This document shows positions 43,521-53,646 of a stretch of 64,000 bases of DNA, one piece after another; positions within the stretch are counted from its first letter, which is position 1; every line of letters starts with the position of its first letter. The DNA is from an uncultured delta proteobacterium. Its GTDB lineage: Bacteria > Desulfobacterota > Desulfomonilia > Desulfomonilales > Desulfomonilaceae. The notes under the pieces were generated by a model. That model was not told where the DNA came from. It worked only from the letters and a program-made list of their open reading frames with translations, and did not search any database. Position numbers and translations under genes: made by a program. The stretch lies in contig CAWBKB010000001.1 in assembly GCA_963789265.1 (NCBI GenBank), positions 1,056,001 through 1,120,000 on the forward strand, read 5' to 3'.

Positions 43521-45971
43521 CTATTTCTTGAATTCTTTGACCTTCTCCAGCGCTTCGGGCTTGAGTTCCAGGGTATTTGCAGCGTGTTCTTTTATTGCCT
43601 TGTCACTGAACCACCAATAGACCTTGTCTCCCGACATGTACGGCTTGATCTGATCTGTCTGATGGGGATTGAACGTCCTGCCGCAGACACCGCCCGGCAG
43701 TACCGCGAGAACCTTGTCGGGGTCACCGAGATCGGCCACCATTCGTAGAGAGGCTGAAAGGATGACGTCAAAAGGCCTGTCGTAGTCATACCAGGCGCAA
43801 TAAAGTGTTTCTCTGGAACCGCCCATTGGATCCCTCTCGCCGCCCACCAACGACTTGCCGAAACCGGTACGTCTGATCGGGTTCACAAATTCTATTTGAT
43901 GAACTTTGCCCCATGCCCATCCCTTGCGGTCATGACCAAACGAAGAGCCGAGCTCCTTGACAGCCGACAAGGCCGCTTCGTGGAAAAGATCGTTCATGGT
44001 CTCGGTTTTGTCTTTAGTGTTCACCTTGTCGAACCAAGGCGAAGACCCGGCCAACACCATTTTTTGGAGCCTCTCTTGCCAGAAATAGCCATCCTCTAGC
44101 ATGGCGTCAGTTAACTTAGGCCCCAGTTCGTCCTCAAAAACCAGACGAAAGAAATCGCGATAGATGAGCTGGAACAGTGTTGGCGCGATCTGACCAGGGT
44201 CGTCCCGATGATCCCACTTGGCCAGTATTTCTCCTATTTCCTTGGTATCAGGATGAGAGATGAGAGCGGCCGCCATGATAGGAGCAATTTTTTCAGCCAT
44301 GACATTCGTGGGATCCCGCTGGAATTGCCATTGCTCATCCACCGACTTGAGCCCCGGGGTCTCCAGCAGTTGCTTCAGCCTACGGTATCGGTACGAGGCT
44401 GCAAAATGCGACGAATAGTAGTAGGGATACTTGGAACCGACGGTCTTTTGATTGCACGTGCCCAACCATCCTCGGGGAGGATTCGCAGCATTCGGCATTT
44501 GATCGAACGGAATCCAGCCGATCCAGTTGTCGGTAGAGTCTTTAACCGTGTAAGGAACCGTAGAGTCGCCCTGGGACCGGATCGGCAGCTTGCCCGACAC
44601 CTGCCATCCTATATTGCCGCCTACGTCAGCAAACACGCAATTCAGAACGATGAAGTTCAAATGCCGTATGGCCTCCCTAACGTCCATTGCGGACTTGGCT
44701 TTCAGCATATCTACGAACCCTATTCTAGGTTCCATGGTTTCAGCGGCTGCCCACCGCAATGTGATCACTTTATCGGATTTGAGACCGGGCAAGACACCCG
44801 AAACCACAGGACCCCGGCGAGTAAACTTGATGTCCAGTGGTTCTTCCCTGTACCCGGTGGCGGCGTTGCTGTCTTTGATCCTGAGGGTCTCCCTAACGGT
44901 TTTGAACGGCAGAGATTTCGAACCTTCTTTGTATTGGGAAGCGTCATTGGGATCTACGGTTTCCACGTAGAGATCCTGGCAATCGCCATAATTATTGGTA
45001 ACGCCCATTGCCCAACGGTCGGTCCGGCCGATCACCATTCCTGGAATTCCGGGTATCATGGCTCCCACGGCCCTCAGTTGGGGCGTAATGATTCCAATAG
45101 GATACCACACACCCGGCAAGATCCTGGCATCGAGATGCGGATCGTTGGCCACTATGGGTTTGCCGTCCGGCGAAAGTCCGGGGGAGACGGCCCAGTTGTT
45201 ACTGCCGAAGCCACGGCCAAGCGGTCCCAAGTAATGTTGCAGTGAGCAGTCCGCGGCAAAATGGAGAGGCTCGCCTGCGGTGCGGGTTGAGAACTTAGGT
45301 GCAGTGGGGTTACTGCCAGGGTCATCCGGATTTATGTTAAGTGGAAACAGTTGAGCGGCTCGTTTTGTGCCCAGCTTGTCCACCAACATCTGTGCCATGA
45401 TTTCCGTACGGAGGTTGGCCGAGGTGGTCCAGCCCATATAGTAAACTATAGCAAGACTATCCGCGACCTTCCACGTCTCGGGTTTTATACCGGCCAATTT
45501 GAATTCGATAGGGTGCTCGTTCCCGCGCCTGGTTATGAACGCATTGACTCCATCAAGGTATTTCTGGATGAAGAGTCTCGTAGTATCATCAAGGATCTTG
45601 GCATGTTTCTTGGCATTGCGATGAATGCCGATTGTCCTCATACGTACGTCCAGGGACTTGCCGGCATCACCGACCAACTCGGAAATGCGCCCTTCCGCCA
45701 GAAGCCGCGTAAGCTGCATCTGGAATAGCCTGTCCTGAGCCGTGACAAATCCCTGAGCCATCATTGCATCCGGGAGGGTCTGCGCATAAACGTACGCCAT
45801 TCCCTTCTCATCGCGCATCACAGTGACAGGCTTACTCAAACCAGGCAGGATGATCGTTCCTTCCTTTTGAAACTGGTTGAGCCGCGGCAACCCAAACAGA
45901 ATAACCCCAGCCGCTACAATGCATACCGCAACAACGACCCCGAATATCGCGCGACCCACTCTTCGTTTCAT
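43521..45971 (-). CDS. Penicillin acylase family Ntn hydrolase
   Basis: AQDRLFQM, GSNNWAV (catalytic Ser), ANDPHL. Confidence 0.95.
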   Translation of the reverse strand: MKRRVGRAIFGVVVAVCIVAAGVILFGLPRLNQFQKEGTIILPGLSKPVTVMRDEKGMAYVYAQTLPDAMMAQGFVTAQDRLFQMQLTRLLAEGRISELVGDAGKSLDVRMRTIGIHRNAKKHAKILDDTTRLFIQKYLDGVNAFITRRGNEHPIEFKLAGIKPETWKVADSLAIVYYMGWTTSANLRTEIMAQMLVDKLGTKRAAQLFPLNINPDDPGSNPTAPKFSTRTAGEPLHFAADCSLQHYLGPLGRGFGSNNWAVSPGLSPDGKPIVANDPHLDARILPGVWYPIGIITPQLRAVGAMIPGIPGMVIGRTDRWAMGVTNNYGDCQDLYVETVDPNDASQYKEGSKSLPFKTVRETLRIKDSNAATGYREEPLDIKFTRRGPVVSGVLPGLKSDKVITLRWAAAETMEPRIGFVDMLKAKSAMDVREAIRHLNFIVLNCVFADVGGNIGWQVSGKLPIRSQGDSTVPYTVKDSTDNWIGWIPFDQMPNAANPPRGWLGTCNQKTVGSKYPYYYSSHFAASYRYRRLKQLLETPGLKSVDEQWQFQRDPTNVMAEKIAPIMAAALISHPDTKEIGEILAKWDHRDDPGQIAPTLFQLIYRDFFRLVFEDELGPKLTDAMLEDGYFWQERLQKMVLAGSSPWFDKVNTKDKTETMNDLFHEAALSAVKELGSSFGHDRKGWAWGKVHQIEFVNPIRRTGFGKSLVGGERDPMGGSRETLYCAWYDYDRPFDVILSASLRMVADLGDPDKVLAVLPGGVCGRTFNPHQTDQIKPYMSGDKVYWWFSDKAIKEHAANTLELKPEALEKVKEFKK

Positions 45972-46139
45972 GTTTGCCCCTCTCGCTGTTTCAAACTGTC
46001 AATGACCGGGTACGACTATCTGAGCATGTTCAAGAAATTGTGGGCCGGCGTTTTCTCCAGTGCTTCGGACGCAAATTCAGCGCTCCCCATTTGTAGAAAG
46101 CGTGTCCCACACTTCTCGAAGCCCCGGATGACTCTCATC

Positions 46140-46400
46140 TCACGCTGCCGGGAAACGACCCGACATGAGATTGTAGAGCCAGGCAAAGATAGCTCCACCA
46201 ATCAAGCCATCAAAGAACCCATAAATCAGTCCGATGATGCTGCCAATAGGACTAACGTGGTAGCCGATGTAGATGAGTCCAAGCAAGGTTCGGGCTCCAG
46301 AGGCCCCGTACAGCACGATCAGCCACCACGTGAGGACGAAGACACTCACTGCCCAGAAGATCCCACACGTCAGTGCGAATGCTTTCACATTCAGTTTCAT
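46140..46400 (-). CDS. Small membrane protein (family often annotated as holin-like)
   Basis: KLNVKAFALTCG..W...Y.GY..S.IGSIIG..YGFFDG...GAIFAWLYN. Confidence 0.7.
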   Translation of the reverse strand: MKLNVKAFALTCGIFWAVSVFVLTWWLIVLYGASGARTLLGLIYIGYHVSPIGSIIGLIYGFFDGLIGGAIFAWLYNLMSGRFPAA

Positions 46401-46809
46401 GATCCACCCCCGTTGCTTCCTGGTTCAGCGTTTCACCTGTTGTGATGAACTGACGGGAATTGTGCGGCGGCCTTTCCTCCTATACCCCATCTTCTAAGGC
46501 CAGTGTCCGCCACAGTCTCAATGAAAAGGCATCTTTGTTCGCGTTTGAGAGAATACTCCACGGCGCGTCCCCCGGTCAATTACAATCTCGCCTGTGCAGC
46601 AATGCAGAATGAAGTTGTAATTGGAGGAGGTGGGGTTCATCGGCTGGAAGGATTATTTTCGCATCTATGCTTGGAGTGAGCTAGAGCGACGAGCCGATGC
46701 GTTTACACTTTCCGCCTCTTGCCGCACGGATTCCCCGGCAAAATCCTTGACAAGAACCCGACAAACCTGGAGCGTATCACAATAAGAATCCAAAATATTT
46801 TTCTCCCGG

Positions 46810-48675
46810 GTGATTCAAATGAATAGCTGGCAAGACAAATATGCCGCTAAACTTATCTCAGCGGCGGAGGCAGCCCAGAAGATCAGGAATGGAGACAGAA
46901 TATATCTCGGCAGCCTATGCTCAGAACCCAAGACGATAATTCGCGCCCTGGAAGCATCCTCGGTTCAGGACGTAGAAATCGTGCAATTCATCGCGGGCTC
47001 CGAAGCATCTCGATTGGCCGCAGGTGGATGGGAGAGGTTCAGGATCAAGACCTTCTTCGTGGGAGGCGGAACAACCGATTCCGGGGCGATGCCCGAGTAC
47101 AACTATGTTCCGCTGTATCACTCTCAGATTCCATTCTTCTTCCGGAACCGTCGTATTCCAATCGATGTTGCCATAATCCAGGTGGCCGAGCCGGACCGTT
47201 TCGGCAGGTTCAGTCTCGGTATTTCGGTGGACTTCTCCATTGCCGCAGTTGAAGCCGCTCGCCTGGTCATCGCTCAGGTCAATCCATTGATGCCACGCAC
47301 CCACGGAGATACGTTTATTCAGCTAGACCAAATAGATCATTTGGTGGATGCTGCAGAGCCGCTGGGAGAGTTGCCGGAAGAACCGCTCGGAGAACGAGAA
47401 AAGACCATCAGCGCTTATTGTAGTGAACTTATCGAGGACGGTTCTGTTGTGCAGTTCGGCTTCGCGGGGATTTCCAGGGGCCTCATGGATTTTCTCAAGG
47501 ATCGCCGACACCTGGGCCTTCACACCGAAATATTCAGCGATCCGCTCATTGACCTTGTTGAATCCGGAGTCTTGGACAATAGCACGAAGAAACTGTTTCG
47601 GGGGAAATCCCTGGCAACCTCGTGCATGGGAACTCGGCGCCTGTACGATTTCGTCCACGACAATCCGGTAGTGGAATTCTATCCATCCGATACTCTTCTG
47701 GATCCCGGCTTGATAGCCTCCCACGATCGTATGGTGGCAGTTAACGTGGCTATGCAGGTAGACCTCAGAGGCCAAATTCGGCAAGGCAACCCGGCGTGGA
47801 CAGCCGTTGAGGGATCCGGAGGAGAGAGTGACTTCATGAGGGGGGCAAATCTGTCCAAAGGTGGCCGGTCAATCATTTGCATGCGATCCACGTCGTCCAG
47901 GAGCGGCAAGTCCAATATAGTGCCTACGTTTGGTCCCAAAGCTTCGGTCATGATGAATCGAGGGGATGCCAACTACATAATTACCGAGTATGGCATCGCA
48001 TACCTGGGCGGCAGGTCCATCCGTGAGAGGGCCATGGCGTTAATCGAGATCTCGCATCCGGATCACCGTGAAGGTTTGCTGAAGTCCGCCCGCGAAATGG
48101 GGTACGTCTACCCGAATCAGGTCTATTACAGAATTTGCTCACCTGAATTGCGGCGTCGTGTCCGCACTCAGCGAGTTTTCAAGGGCGGCATCAAGGGTAA
48201 TGTGAGAGTAATCAAGTCCACAGATGAATCCATGCTGCGGGACCTTTTCTACAACCTTTCCGAAGAATCGGTATATTTCCGTTACTTCACTCCCCGTCGA
48301 AGTATGCCGCATAAGAATCTCGAGCAATATGTAAATGTCACGGAGGAAGACGGGCTTTCGCTGGTTGTCACTATTGGTCCTAGAGAAGACCGCAAGATTG
48401 TTGCAGAAGCACGCTACATGATCAATCCGGGCGACCCGTACCCTGAGGCGGCGTTCATGGTTCATGAAGACTACCGGGGCCGCGGGATAGCAAGTGTGTT
48501 ACTCCACTACCTGATAGACGTCGCCAAGGAACGTGGCATCGGTGGATTTAGGGCTGAGGTTTTGATGTCCAATAGATCGATGATGAAGGTCTTCGAGAGA
48601 CTACCATACGTGCTTCACAAAAGGCTCGAAGAAAACATGCTGCATCTGCACTTCCAGTTCGATCAATTGAAATGA
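46810..48675 (+). CDS. Acetyl-CoA hydrolase/CoA-transferase fused to a GNAT acetyltransferase domain
   Basis: HLGLHTE, N...QVDL.GQ, GG..DF.RGA..S.GG, ITEYG; C-terminal S.Y.RYF, EAAF.V.EDY.GRGIA. Confidence 0.92.
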   Translation: MIQMNSWQDKYAAKLISAAEAAQKIRNGDRIYLGSLCSEPKTIIRALEASSVQDVEIVQFIAGSEASRLAAGGWERFRIKTFFVGGGTTDSGAMPEYNYVPLYHSQIPFFFRNRRIPIDVAIIQVAEPDRFGRFSLGISVDFSIAAVEAARLVIAQVNPLMPRTHGDTFIQLDQIDHLVDAAEPLGELPEEPLGEREKTISAYCSELIEDGSVVQFGFAGISRGLMDFLKDRRHLGLHTEIFSDPLIDLVESGVLDNSTKKLFRGKSLATSCMGTRRLYDFVHDNPVVEFYPSDTLLDPGLIASHDRMVAVNVAMQVDLRGQIRQGNPAWTAVEGSGGESDFMRGANLSKGGRSIICMRSTSSRSGKSNIVPTFGPKASVMMNRGDANYIITEYGIAYLGGRSIRERAMALIEISHPDHREGLLKSAREMGYVYPNQVYYRICSPELRRRVRTQRVFKGGIKGNVRVIKSTDESMLRDLFYNLSEESVYFRYFTPRRSMPHKNLEQYVNVTEEDGLSLVVTIGPREDRKIVAEARYMINPGDPYPEAAFMVHEDYRGRGIASVLLHYLIDVAKERGIGGFRAEVLMSNRSMMKVFERLPYVLHKRLEENMLHLHFQFDQLK

Positions 48676-49098
48676 TCTTTGGATGGCATTAGTCCGACAG
48701 GTGGAAAAATAAGATATATATCACATGCTTTCGATGTGTTATGGTAAGGGCCTTTTCTGCCCACAATTTCCGGACTTGTCAATTTCGGGCATGAGCTTCT
48801 TTGAAACTTTGTTGGCCATATAGGCCGAGGGTGGGCTGTTTAGTTCGTGCGTGCCGTCATCGAAGAAGCAGGTAAAAGCCAACACGGAAAGGAAAGAGAG
48901 CAAATCCAAGGTGGGCCCCATATAGTAGGTGCCCTCGTTATTGTGACCGCCTTCTGAGCCTTTACTTCAAGCCGTCATCTTTTTTCCAGGTTTCTTGAAC
49001 TGCGACCTAACCGTTTAACCCCCAGCCTGTGTTCCGCCCAGTCCCGGCTTGAACATTGCCGCATAGCAGTATATTCTTGGCCTGAAGGAGATGCCCCA

Positions 49099-50136
49099 AT
49101 GCCCATCACATTTGAAGCGCTCTACGATACGATGACCCGGATCCGAGCGGGAAAAAGAGAGGAAGTCCCCTTTGAGATCCGTACGGATCCCTTGACCGGC
49201 ACGACGGGACGCGTCTTCAACTTCCCCTATCAGCCCCCTAAAAGCCCCAATGCCGAAGACACTTTCAAGCGATCTGAAGGGATATTCTGTCCCTTCTGCT
49301 CGGAAAATATCGAAGACTCCACCCCTCGGTTCCCTGAGGAATTGATTCAGGAAGGAAAGATTCGCAAAGGAAGCGCGACCTTGGTTCCCAACATCCTTCC
49401 TCTGGATCGCTACGTGGGTGTAGCCGTTTTCTCTCCCCAACACTTCGTACGGATGGAAGAGCTGAAACCCGAAATGATGAGGGACGCATTTCTTGCCGTT
49501 CAGGAGTTCATCCGGAGGGTCTCCGGGGTTGACCCCAGGGTAGACTGCTTCTCCGTCAATTGGAACTACATGCCGCCGGCAGGTTCAAGCCTGGTCCACC
49601 CCCACCTTCAGGTCCTCTGCGGGGAGCGTCCTACGAACCACATGCGGCGACAGCTTGAAGGCGCAAACAGGTATTACCGTGAAAATGGCAGAGAGTTCTG
49701 GGACGACTTCATTCGCGAGGAGAAAGAAAGGGCGTCCCGCTACCTCGGAGAGATAGGCCCGACCTTCTGGACCGTAGGCTATGTTCCCATGAGTCACATA
49801 CCGGACGTCTGGTGCATCTTGCCCGAACAGAAATCCCTGGTTGGAGTGGGAGAGGAAGCGCTGAACTCCTTCTTGGTAGGCCTTTCGACCGTACTGACCT
49901 ATTACCGCACCCTGAACCTCTTCAGCTTTAACGTATCGATCTTTTCATTCAGGTTCGAAGAGCACTTTCGAGTCAACGGCCGAATCCTTCCCCGTTTCGC
50001 CCTGAGAGAAATAGGAAACAGCGATTACACCTTTCTTCAGGCCGTACATAAGGAGAATGCCAGCCTCTACGCGCCTGAGTCGGTCTGCCGGCAGATAAGA
50101 GAACAAGACTTCGGGACTCCCATCCCAACATCCTGA
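49099..50136 (+). CDS. Galactose-1-phosphate uridylyltransferase-like (GalT/HIT) protein
   Basis: EIRTDPLTG, CPFC, WNY.PPAGSSLVHPHLQ. Confidence 0.8.
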   Translation: MPITFEALYDTMTRIRAGKREEVPFEIRTDPLTGTTGRVFNFPYQPPKSPNAEDTFKRSEGIFCPFCSENIEDSTPRFPEELIQEGKIRKGSATLVPNILPLDRYVGVAVFSPQHFVRMEELKPEMMRDAFLAVQEFIRRVSGVDPRVDCFSVNWNYMPPAGSSLVHPHLQVLCGERPTNHMRRQLEGANRYYRENGREFWDDFIREEKERASRYLGEIGPTFWTVGYVPMSHIPDVWCILPEQKSLVGVGEEALNSFLVGLSTVLTYYRTLNLFSFNVSIFSFRFEEHFRVNGRILPRFALREIGNSDYTFLQAVHKENASLYAPESVCRQIREQDFGTPIPTS

Positions 50137-50441
50137 TCGATTGCCGTGAACCGCGCGTTCAAGCGGGATGCTCCCTACTTGCTGGTTTACTAATCCTCCA
50201 CATTGGGGCAGACATGGGCGTAGAAGATCCGTTTCACACGTGAAGAGCGAGCCGGCAGTAGCAAAAAGCTGTGCGTATCGGGTAGAGGGCCGGCCGAGGT
50301 CAACTTAGGGGTCCATTACCAGACGGACAGAGCTGAAAAGCGTGAATGGCCAGAGCAACAATCAGCCGCAGCCGGGGAAGTATTGAAGATCATTACTTCA
50401 TCAGACACATGCCCGTGATGATTGAACAGATTGAAGACCTG

Positions 50442-50540
50442 TTAGCCAAGAATACTCTCAAGGATACCGGATTCGGCCAAGATAACCATGGCTATCAACA
50501 TGATAGCCAACATGAAGGTCTCGGCAAGGATTCCCTTCAT
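50442..50540 (-). CDS. 32-aa hydrophobic small protein
   Basis: MKGILAETFMLAIMLIAMVILAESGILESILG*; strong RBS GAGGAGG 6 nt before ATG. Confidence 0.55.
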   Translation of the reverse strand: MKGILAETFMLAIMLIAMVILAESGILESILG

Positions 50541-50901
50541 GGCAAACCTCCTCGCGCCCAATTGATTCATTCTTTTTAAATAGTTGGACTGGAGATTTTG
50601 TAATCCGTTAAAAAATGAAGAGTGGTCACAACGTGAATGCTGCCGGCCTTACCAGGCACAATCAAAATGAAGAGTCAGTATCCATGGCTTTGATATATTT
50701 GCGGTACAGACGCACGGAGGAGAGTAACTACTCAAAGTTGAAGGCCGCAGTGAAGGTCTTAGTACTGTAGAACAGCGCCATCTGGCTCTTTACAAGGAAG
50801 CCGCCGTTTTCTTGCCGAAAGACCGATCAATGCCTTATGCTTGGAGATACCGGGGGATGAGCGGCATATTAGTCGCCAGGGATATGGGCAAGAAATCCGT
50901 G

Positions 50902-51090
50902 AGTTCCGGGCACACCGTGCTTAACCGCGCTCTTCCTTCTTCTTTGGTCCCAACTTTTTTTCTTCGGACTAACCGCCCAATCAGCATTTTTTCAAGAAGG
51001 CCGATGATCTTGCCGGTGTCAGAAGAAGAAGAAGAAGAAGAAGAAGAAGAAGGCCTGCTGCCGCAGATTGCCTTTTTGAACAGGAATGAG
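50902..51090 (-). mobile_element. Internally deleted RAYT-like transposase remnant, copy D, containing (GAA)10
   Basis: Minus-strand frames read QKGNLRQQAFFF... joined to DTGKIIGLLEKML..RLVRRKK; terminus TTAAGCACGGTGTGCCCGGAACT. Confidence 0.7.
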
Positions 51091-51112
51091 CGGCCGATTC
51101 GGCCCCCGTTGG

Positions 51113-51697
51113 TCAGTGCATCCTGCGTGAGGGCCGTGATTTGATGGCAACCCTCCATTCTCCGGTTCTGACTTTTCTTTGAATTTCTCGAATGACTCGA
51201 TCGGCTATGTGCTGCGGTTCCATGTTTAGCGATTGCAAGGATGTGTTACATCTGTCACAGTGGAAAACGGTCTGATATTCAGAATATTCAGGCATATAAC
51301 CAGTAACTTCTAACTCACAAGTTGGGCAAAAAGGAATCAGACCCAATATTTCGTTCCCTTCCCAGTGCCAACGCCAGTTGATCCCAAGGAACTCATCTGA
51401 AGTATAAGCATGCCAGTTGAAAAACGAAAGCCATAGCGTTCTCAGGATCACAACAACAAAAAGCAGGAAGGATAAGGCTCCAATGAGGATTATCCAGTTT
51501 GGGATTAAGGAACTCTCTAAGGCATAGTGTATAAGAGACCAGAAGTAGCTCTCGACCGAAGGCCATACCCCGAGACTATTACCTATGAGCCAAACGGCTA
51601 GCCCGATGATGGCACTGGCAATCACTTTGCTCCAGACAGGATCAGCCCAAATCGTCTTCAGTTTTTCCGTCCAGGTCACCGATTCGCTCCCTCTCAT
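51113..51697 (-). CDS. Hypothetical membrane protein with C-terminal Zn ribbon
   Basis: W.DPVWSKVIA, two TM helices, FCPTC...CDRC. Confidence 0.75.
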   Translation of the reverse strand: MRGSESVTWTEKLKTIWADPVWSKVIASAIIGLAVWLIGNSLGVWPSVESYFWSLIHYALESSLIPNWIILIGALSFLLFVVVILRTLWLSFFNWHAYTSDEFLGINWRWHWEGNEILGLIPFCPTCELEVTGYMPEYSEYQTVFHCDRCNTSLQSLNMEPQHIADRVIREIQRKVRTGEWRVAIKSRPSRRMH

Positions 51698-51707
51698 CTA
51701 CGCCAGT

Positions 51708-51972
51708 CGAGCGGACATCATACAGCTTAACCTCCCATTCGTTTTATCTTTCCGCGGCTTCTTCGTCCCGTGCACCCGGGCCCAGCATATGCTCAAAGTG
51801 GCCGGTGAACTCTCCGGTGTCAAGCTAAAGAAGTCTGCTGCTGCCGATTGCCGATCTGGTGGATGTGCTGATGGTAGTAGCTGGCAGTAACCAGTTGAGC
51901 AACCGGTCCTATATTCCCTCTGGCACATTAAGGGACTTCTCGGCGACAATTATAAGTAGTGTGCCCAGAACT
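51708..51972 (-). mobile_element. Internally deleted RAYT-like remnant, copy C (~265 bp)
   Basis: HIHQIGNRQQQT joined to DTGEFTGHFEHMLG; degenerate inverted termini GCGGACATCATACAGCTTAA / TTATAAGTAGTGTGCCCAGAACT. Confidence 0.7.
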
Positions 51973-51987
51973 CGCCCGCCCGACTGG

Positions 51988-52473
51988 TTATGGTGTTTCT
52001 ACAGTTTTTCCAGGTCTCGGTGGGGGTGGTGCAGGCATGTCAGGTGAACCCTCGGGCACCTCTGCGATCACGGCGGTTATCTCTGCCCCATCTTTGATAT
52101 TGAGATACTCGGCCAACGGGTCACGTGAGACCAGCTCCAAGATTCGCGCGTTTCTGTGTCCACCGCGGTATATCCAAGCCAATACAGACTTATTGTTTAT
52201 CTCGATCACCTTCGAACAAGGTGAAAGATGATTACCGTCCTCGTATCTATTCACGGCTCGTCCGCGCTCCTGCGCCATGCATCGATACTTACTCTCATTC
52301 GGAGGTGAATATAGTGAGTCGTCAGCCAAGACCATATTGAAAGTACCCGGAATGCACTCACGGATTTGCGGAAATTCCTCTTCGTGATCTGCGCACACTT
52401 GTTCCCAGTGCGTAGAGGCGTGACGGCTCCCATGCTGGCAATATGTTCCATTCACTATCACCTGTCGCCCCAT
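51988..52473 (-). CDS. Hypothetical protein, possibly CTP-dependent riboflavin kinase (DUF120)-like fold
   Basis: IPGTFNMVL resembles PGTLN; ILELVSRDPLAEYLNIKDGAEI resembles ELIAP..LR..L.L.DGD.V; RBS GGAGG. Confidence 0.55.
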   Translation of the reverse strand: MGRQVIVNGTYCQHGSRHASTHWEQVCADHEEEFPQIRECIPGTFNMVLADDSLYSPPNESKYRCMAQERGRAVNRYEDGNHLSPCSKVIEINNKSVLAWIYRGGHRNARILELVSRDPLAEYLNIKDGAEITAVIAEVPEGSPDMPAPPPPRPGKTVETP

Positions 52474-52494
52474 TTGTACCTCCGACCTCTCATT

Positions 52495-52758
52495 TGCGAA
52501 CACCACCGTTGATTGTTCCCGCTGCCCTTACTTTTTCCCCGGCTTCTTTCGTCGGCGCACTCGGCCCACCATTTCTTCAACGTAGCCGCTAAACTATTCC
52601 GTGTCGGGTATAGGAAGGTCTGCTGCCACCGATTGCCTCTTTGGAGTGACGTGATGGGGGCAGCCAGCGCTGACTACCCGAGAAATCTACCCCATGTAAT
52701 ACTCTTTGCCAGTGCCGGACTTCCGAACCAATAATTAACAGAGGTACACCCAGGAATT
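52495..52758 (-). mobile_element. Internally deleted RAYT-like remnant, copy B (~264 bp)
   Basis: PHHVT(Q)RGNRWQQTF joined to GYVEEMVGRVRRRKKPG; right terminus AATTAACAGAGGTACACCCAGGAATT. Confidence 0.72.
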
Positions 52759-52835
52759 ACCAGCGTATTAACCTTTTTGCTGTTTGAGTGTGACCTAGTG
52801 GTCTCGTATCATGGCAGTTTCTCATTATGGATGAG

Positions 52836-53588
52836 TCACACAGCGGGTGCGGATGATCCTTGCCCGGATGCCGCCTGCCCAACCTGTGGTAGTTCGTCCC
52901 AGGTTCGCCCTTCGAGCAACCGACCGGCCTTCTTCTTGTTGGTGCCGCCCCACTGCTTGAAGAAGAACGGCACATAGGCCCGGCGACATTGGTCCCTAAG
53001 ATCTGTGACCCACTCCGCTTTCATTGACCGCGCCTTTGGGCCGGACTCGCCGCCGACGATCACCCAATCAATTCCGTCGAGGTCGATGTTTGGCAGTGGA
53101 CCGAGAAGGGGCTCCAGCGAAAGAAACTTTAGGTGAGCTTTCGTCGCGCGGAGTTCATCGATTCGCGCGCGGTAACAGTCCATCTCAACGCTTACACCCA
53201 TCCAGATGTTCGGGGTCCACGTGAGCTTGGAATCGAGCTCGGCCAACCTGTTTGAACGCTTCGTGAGCACTTGGAAACGGTGCCAGTGCGCCCGGCGCAT
53301 GACTTCGAAGACCTTCTTCACGTAGGAGAGGGGCACGTCCTCGTGGAACAAGTCACTCATCGAGTTGACGAACACGGCCTGCGGTTTCTTCCACCTCAGC
53401 GGCAGTTCGAGCATGTGGAGTTGCAGAGTGACGTCGAAACCGTTGACGTAGTTGGCCTGGCCCATTGCCTGGAGCCTTTCAGTCATGCGTTCGGCATAGC
53501 AGTGCGTGCAGCCGGTGCTCACCTTGGAGCAACCAGTGACAGGATTCCAGGTGGATTCAGTCCACTCAATTGACGACTTCTTCGCCAT
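52836..53588 (-). CDS. DUF5131 / phage Gp37-Gp68 family three-Cys-motif protein
   Basis: SIEWTESTWNPVTGCSKVSTGCTHCYA, FVNSMSDLFH, FQVLTKR, SLEPLLG, WVIVGGESG, FFFKQWGG. Confidence 0.95.
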   Translation of the reverse strand: MAKKSSIEWTESTWNPVTGCSKVSTGCTHCYAERMTERLQAMGQANYVNGFDVTLQLHMLELPLRWKKPQAVFVNSMSDLFHEDVPLSYVKKVFEVMRRAHWHRFQVLTKRSNRLAELDSKLTWTPNIWMGVSVEMDCYRARIDELRATKAHLKFLSLEPLLGPLPNIDLDGIDWVIVGGESGPKARSMKAEWVTDLRDQCRRAYVPFFFKQWGGTNKKKAGRLLEGRTWDELPQVGQAASGQGSSAPAV

Positions 53589-53646
53589 GCGTATTGATTG
53601 CCCCTATCGTCCTTTATCGGTCTTGCATTCGCTTACGAACCATCAA

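Noticed and set aside
46140..46400. Holin-like gene as evidence of a prophage
   Set aside because: No endolysin, structural or integrase genes nearby; the Gp37/Gp68-family gene also occurs widely outside phages
50812..51158. Poly-Glu and poly-Ser ORFs
   Set aside because: Artefacts of the (GAA)10 run within a transposase remnant
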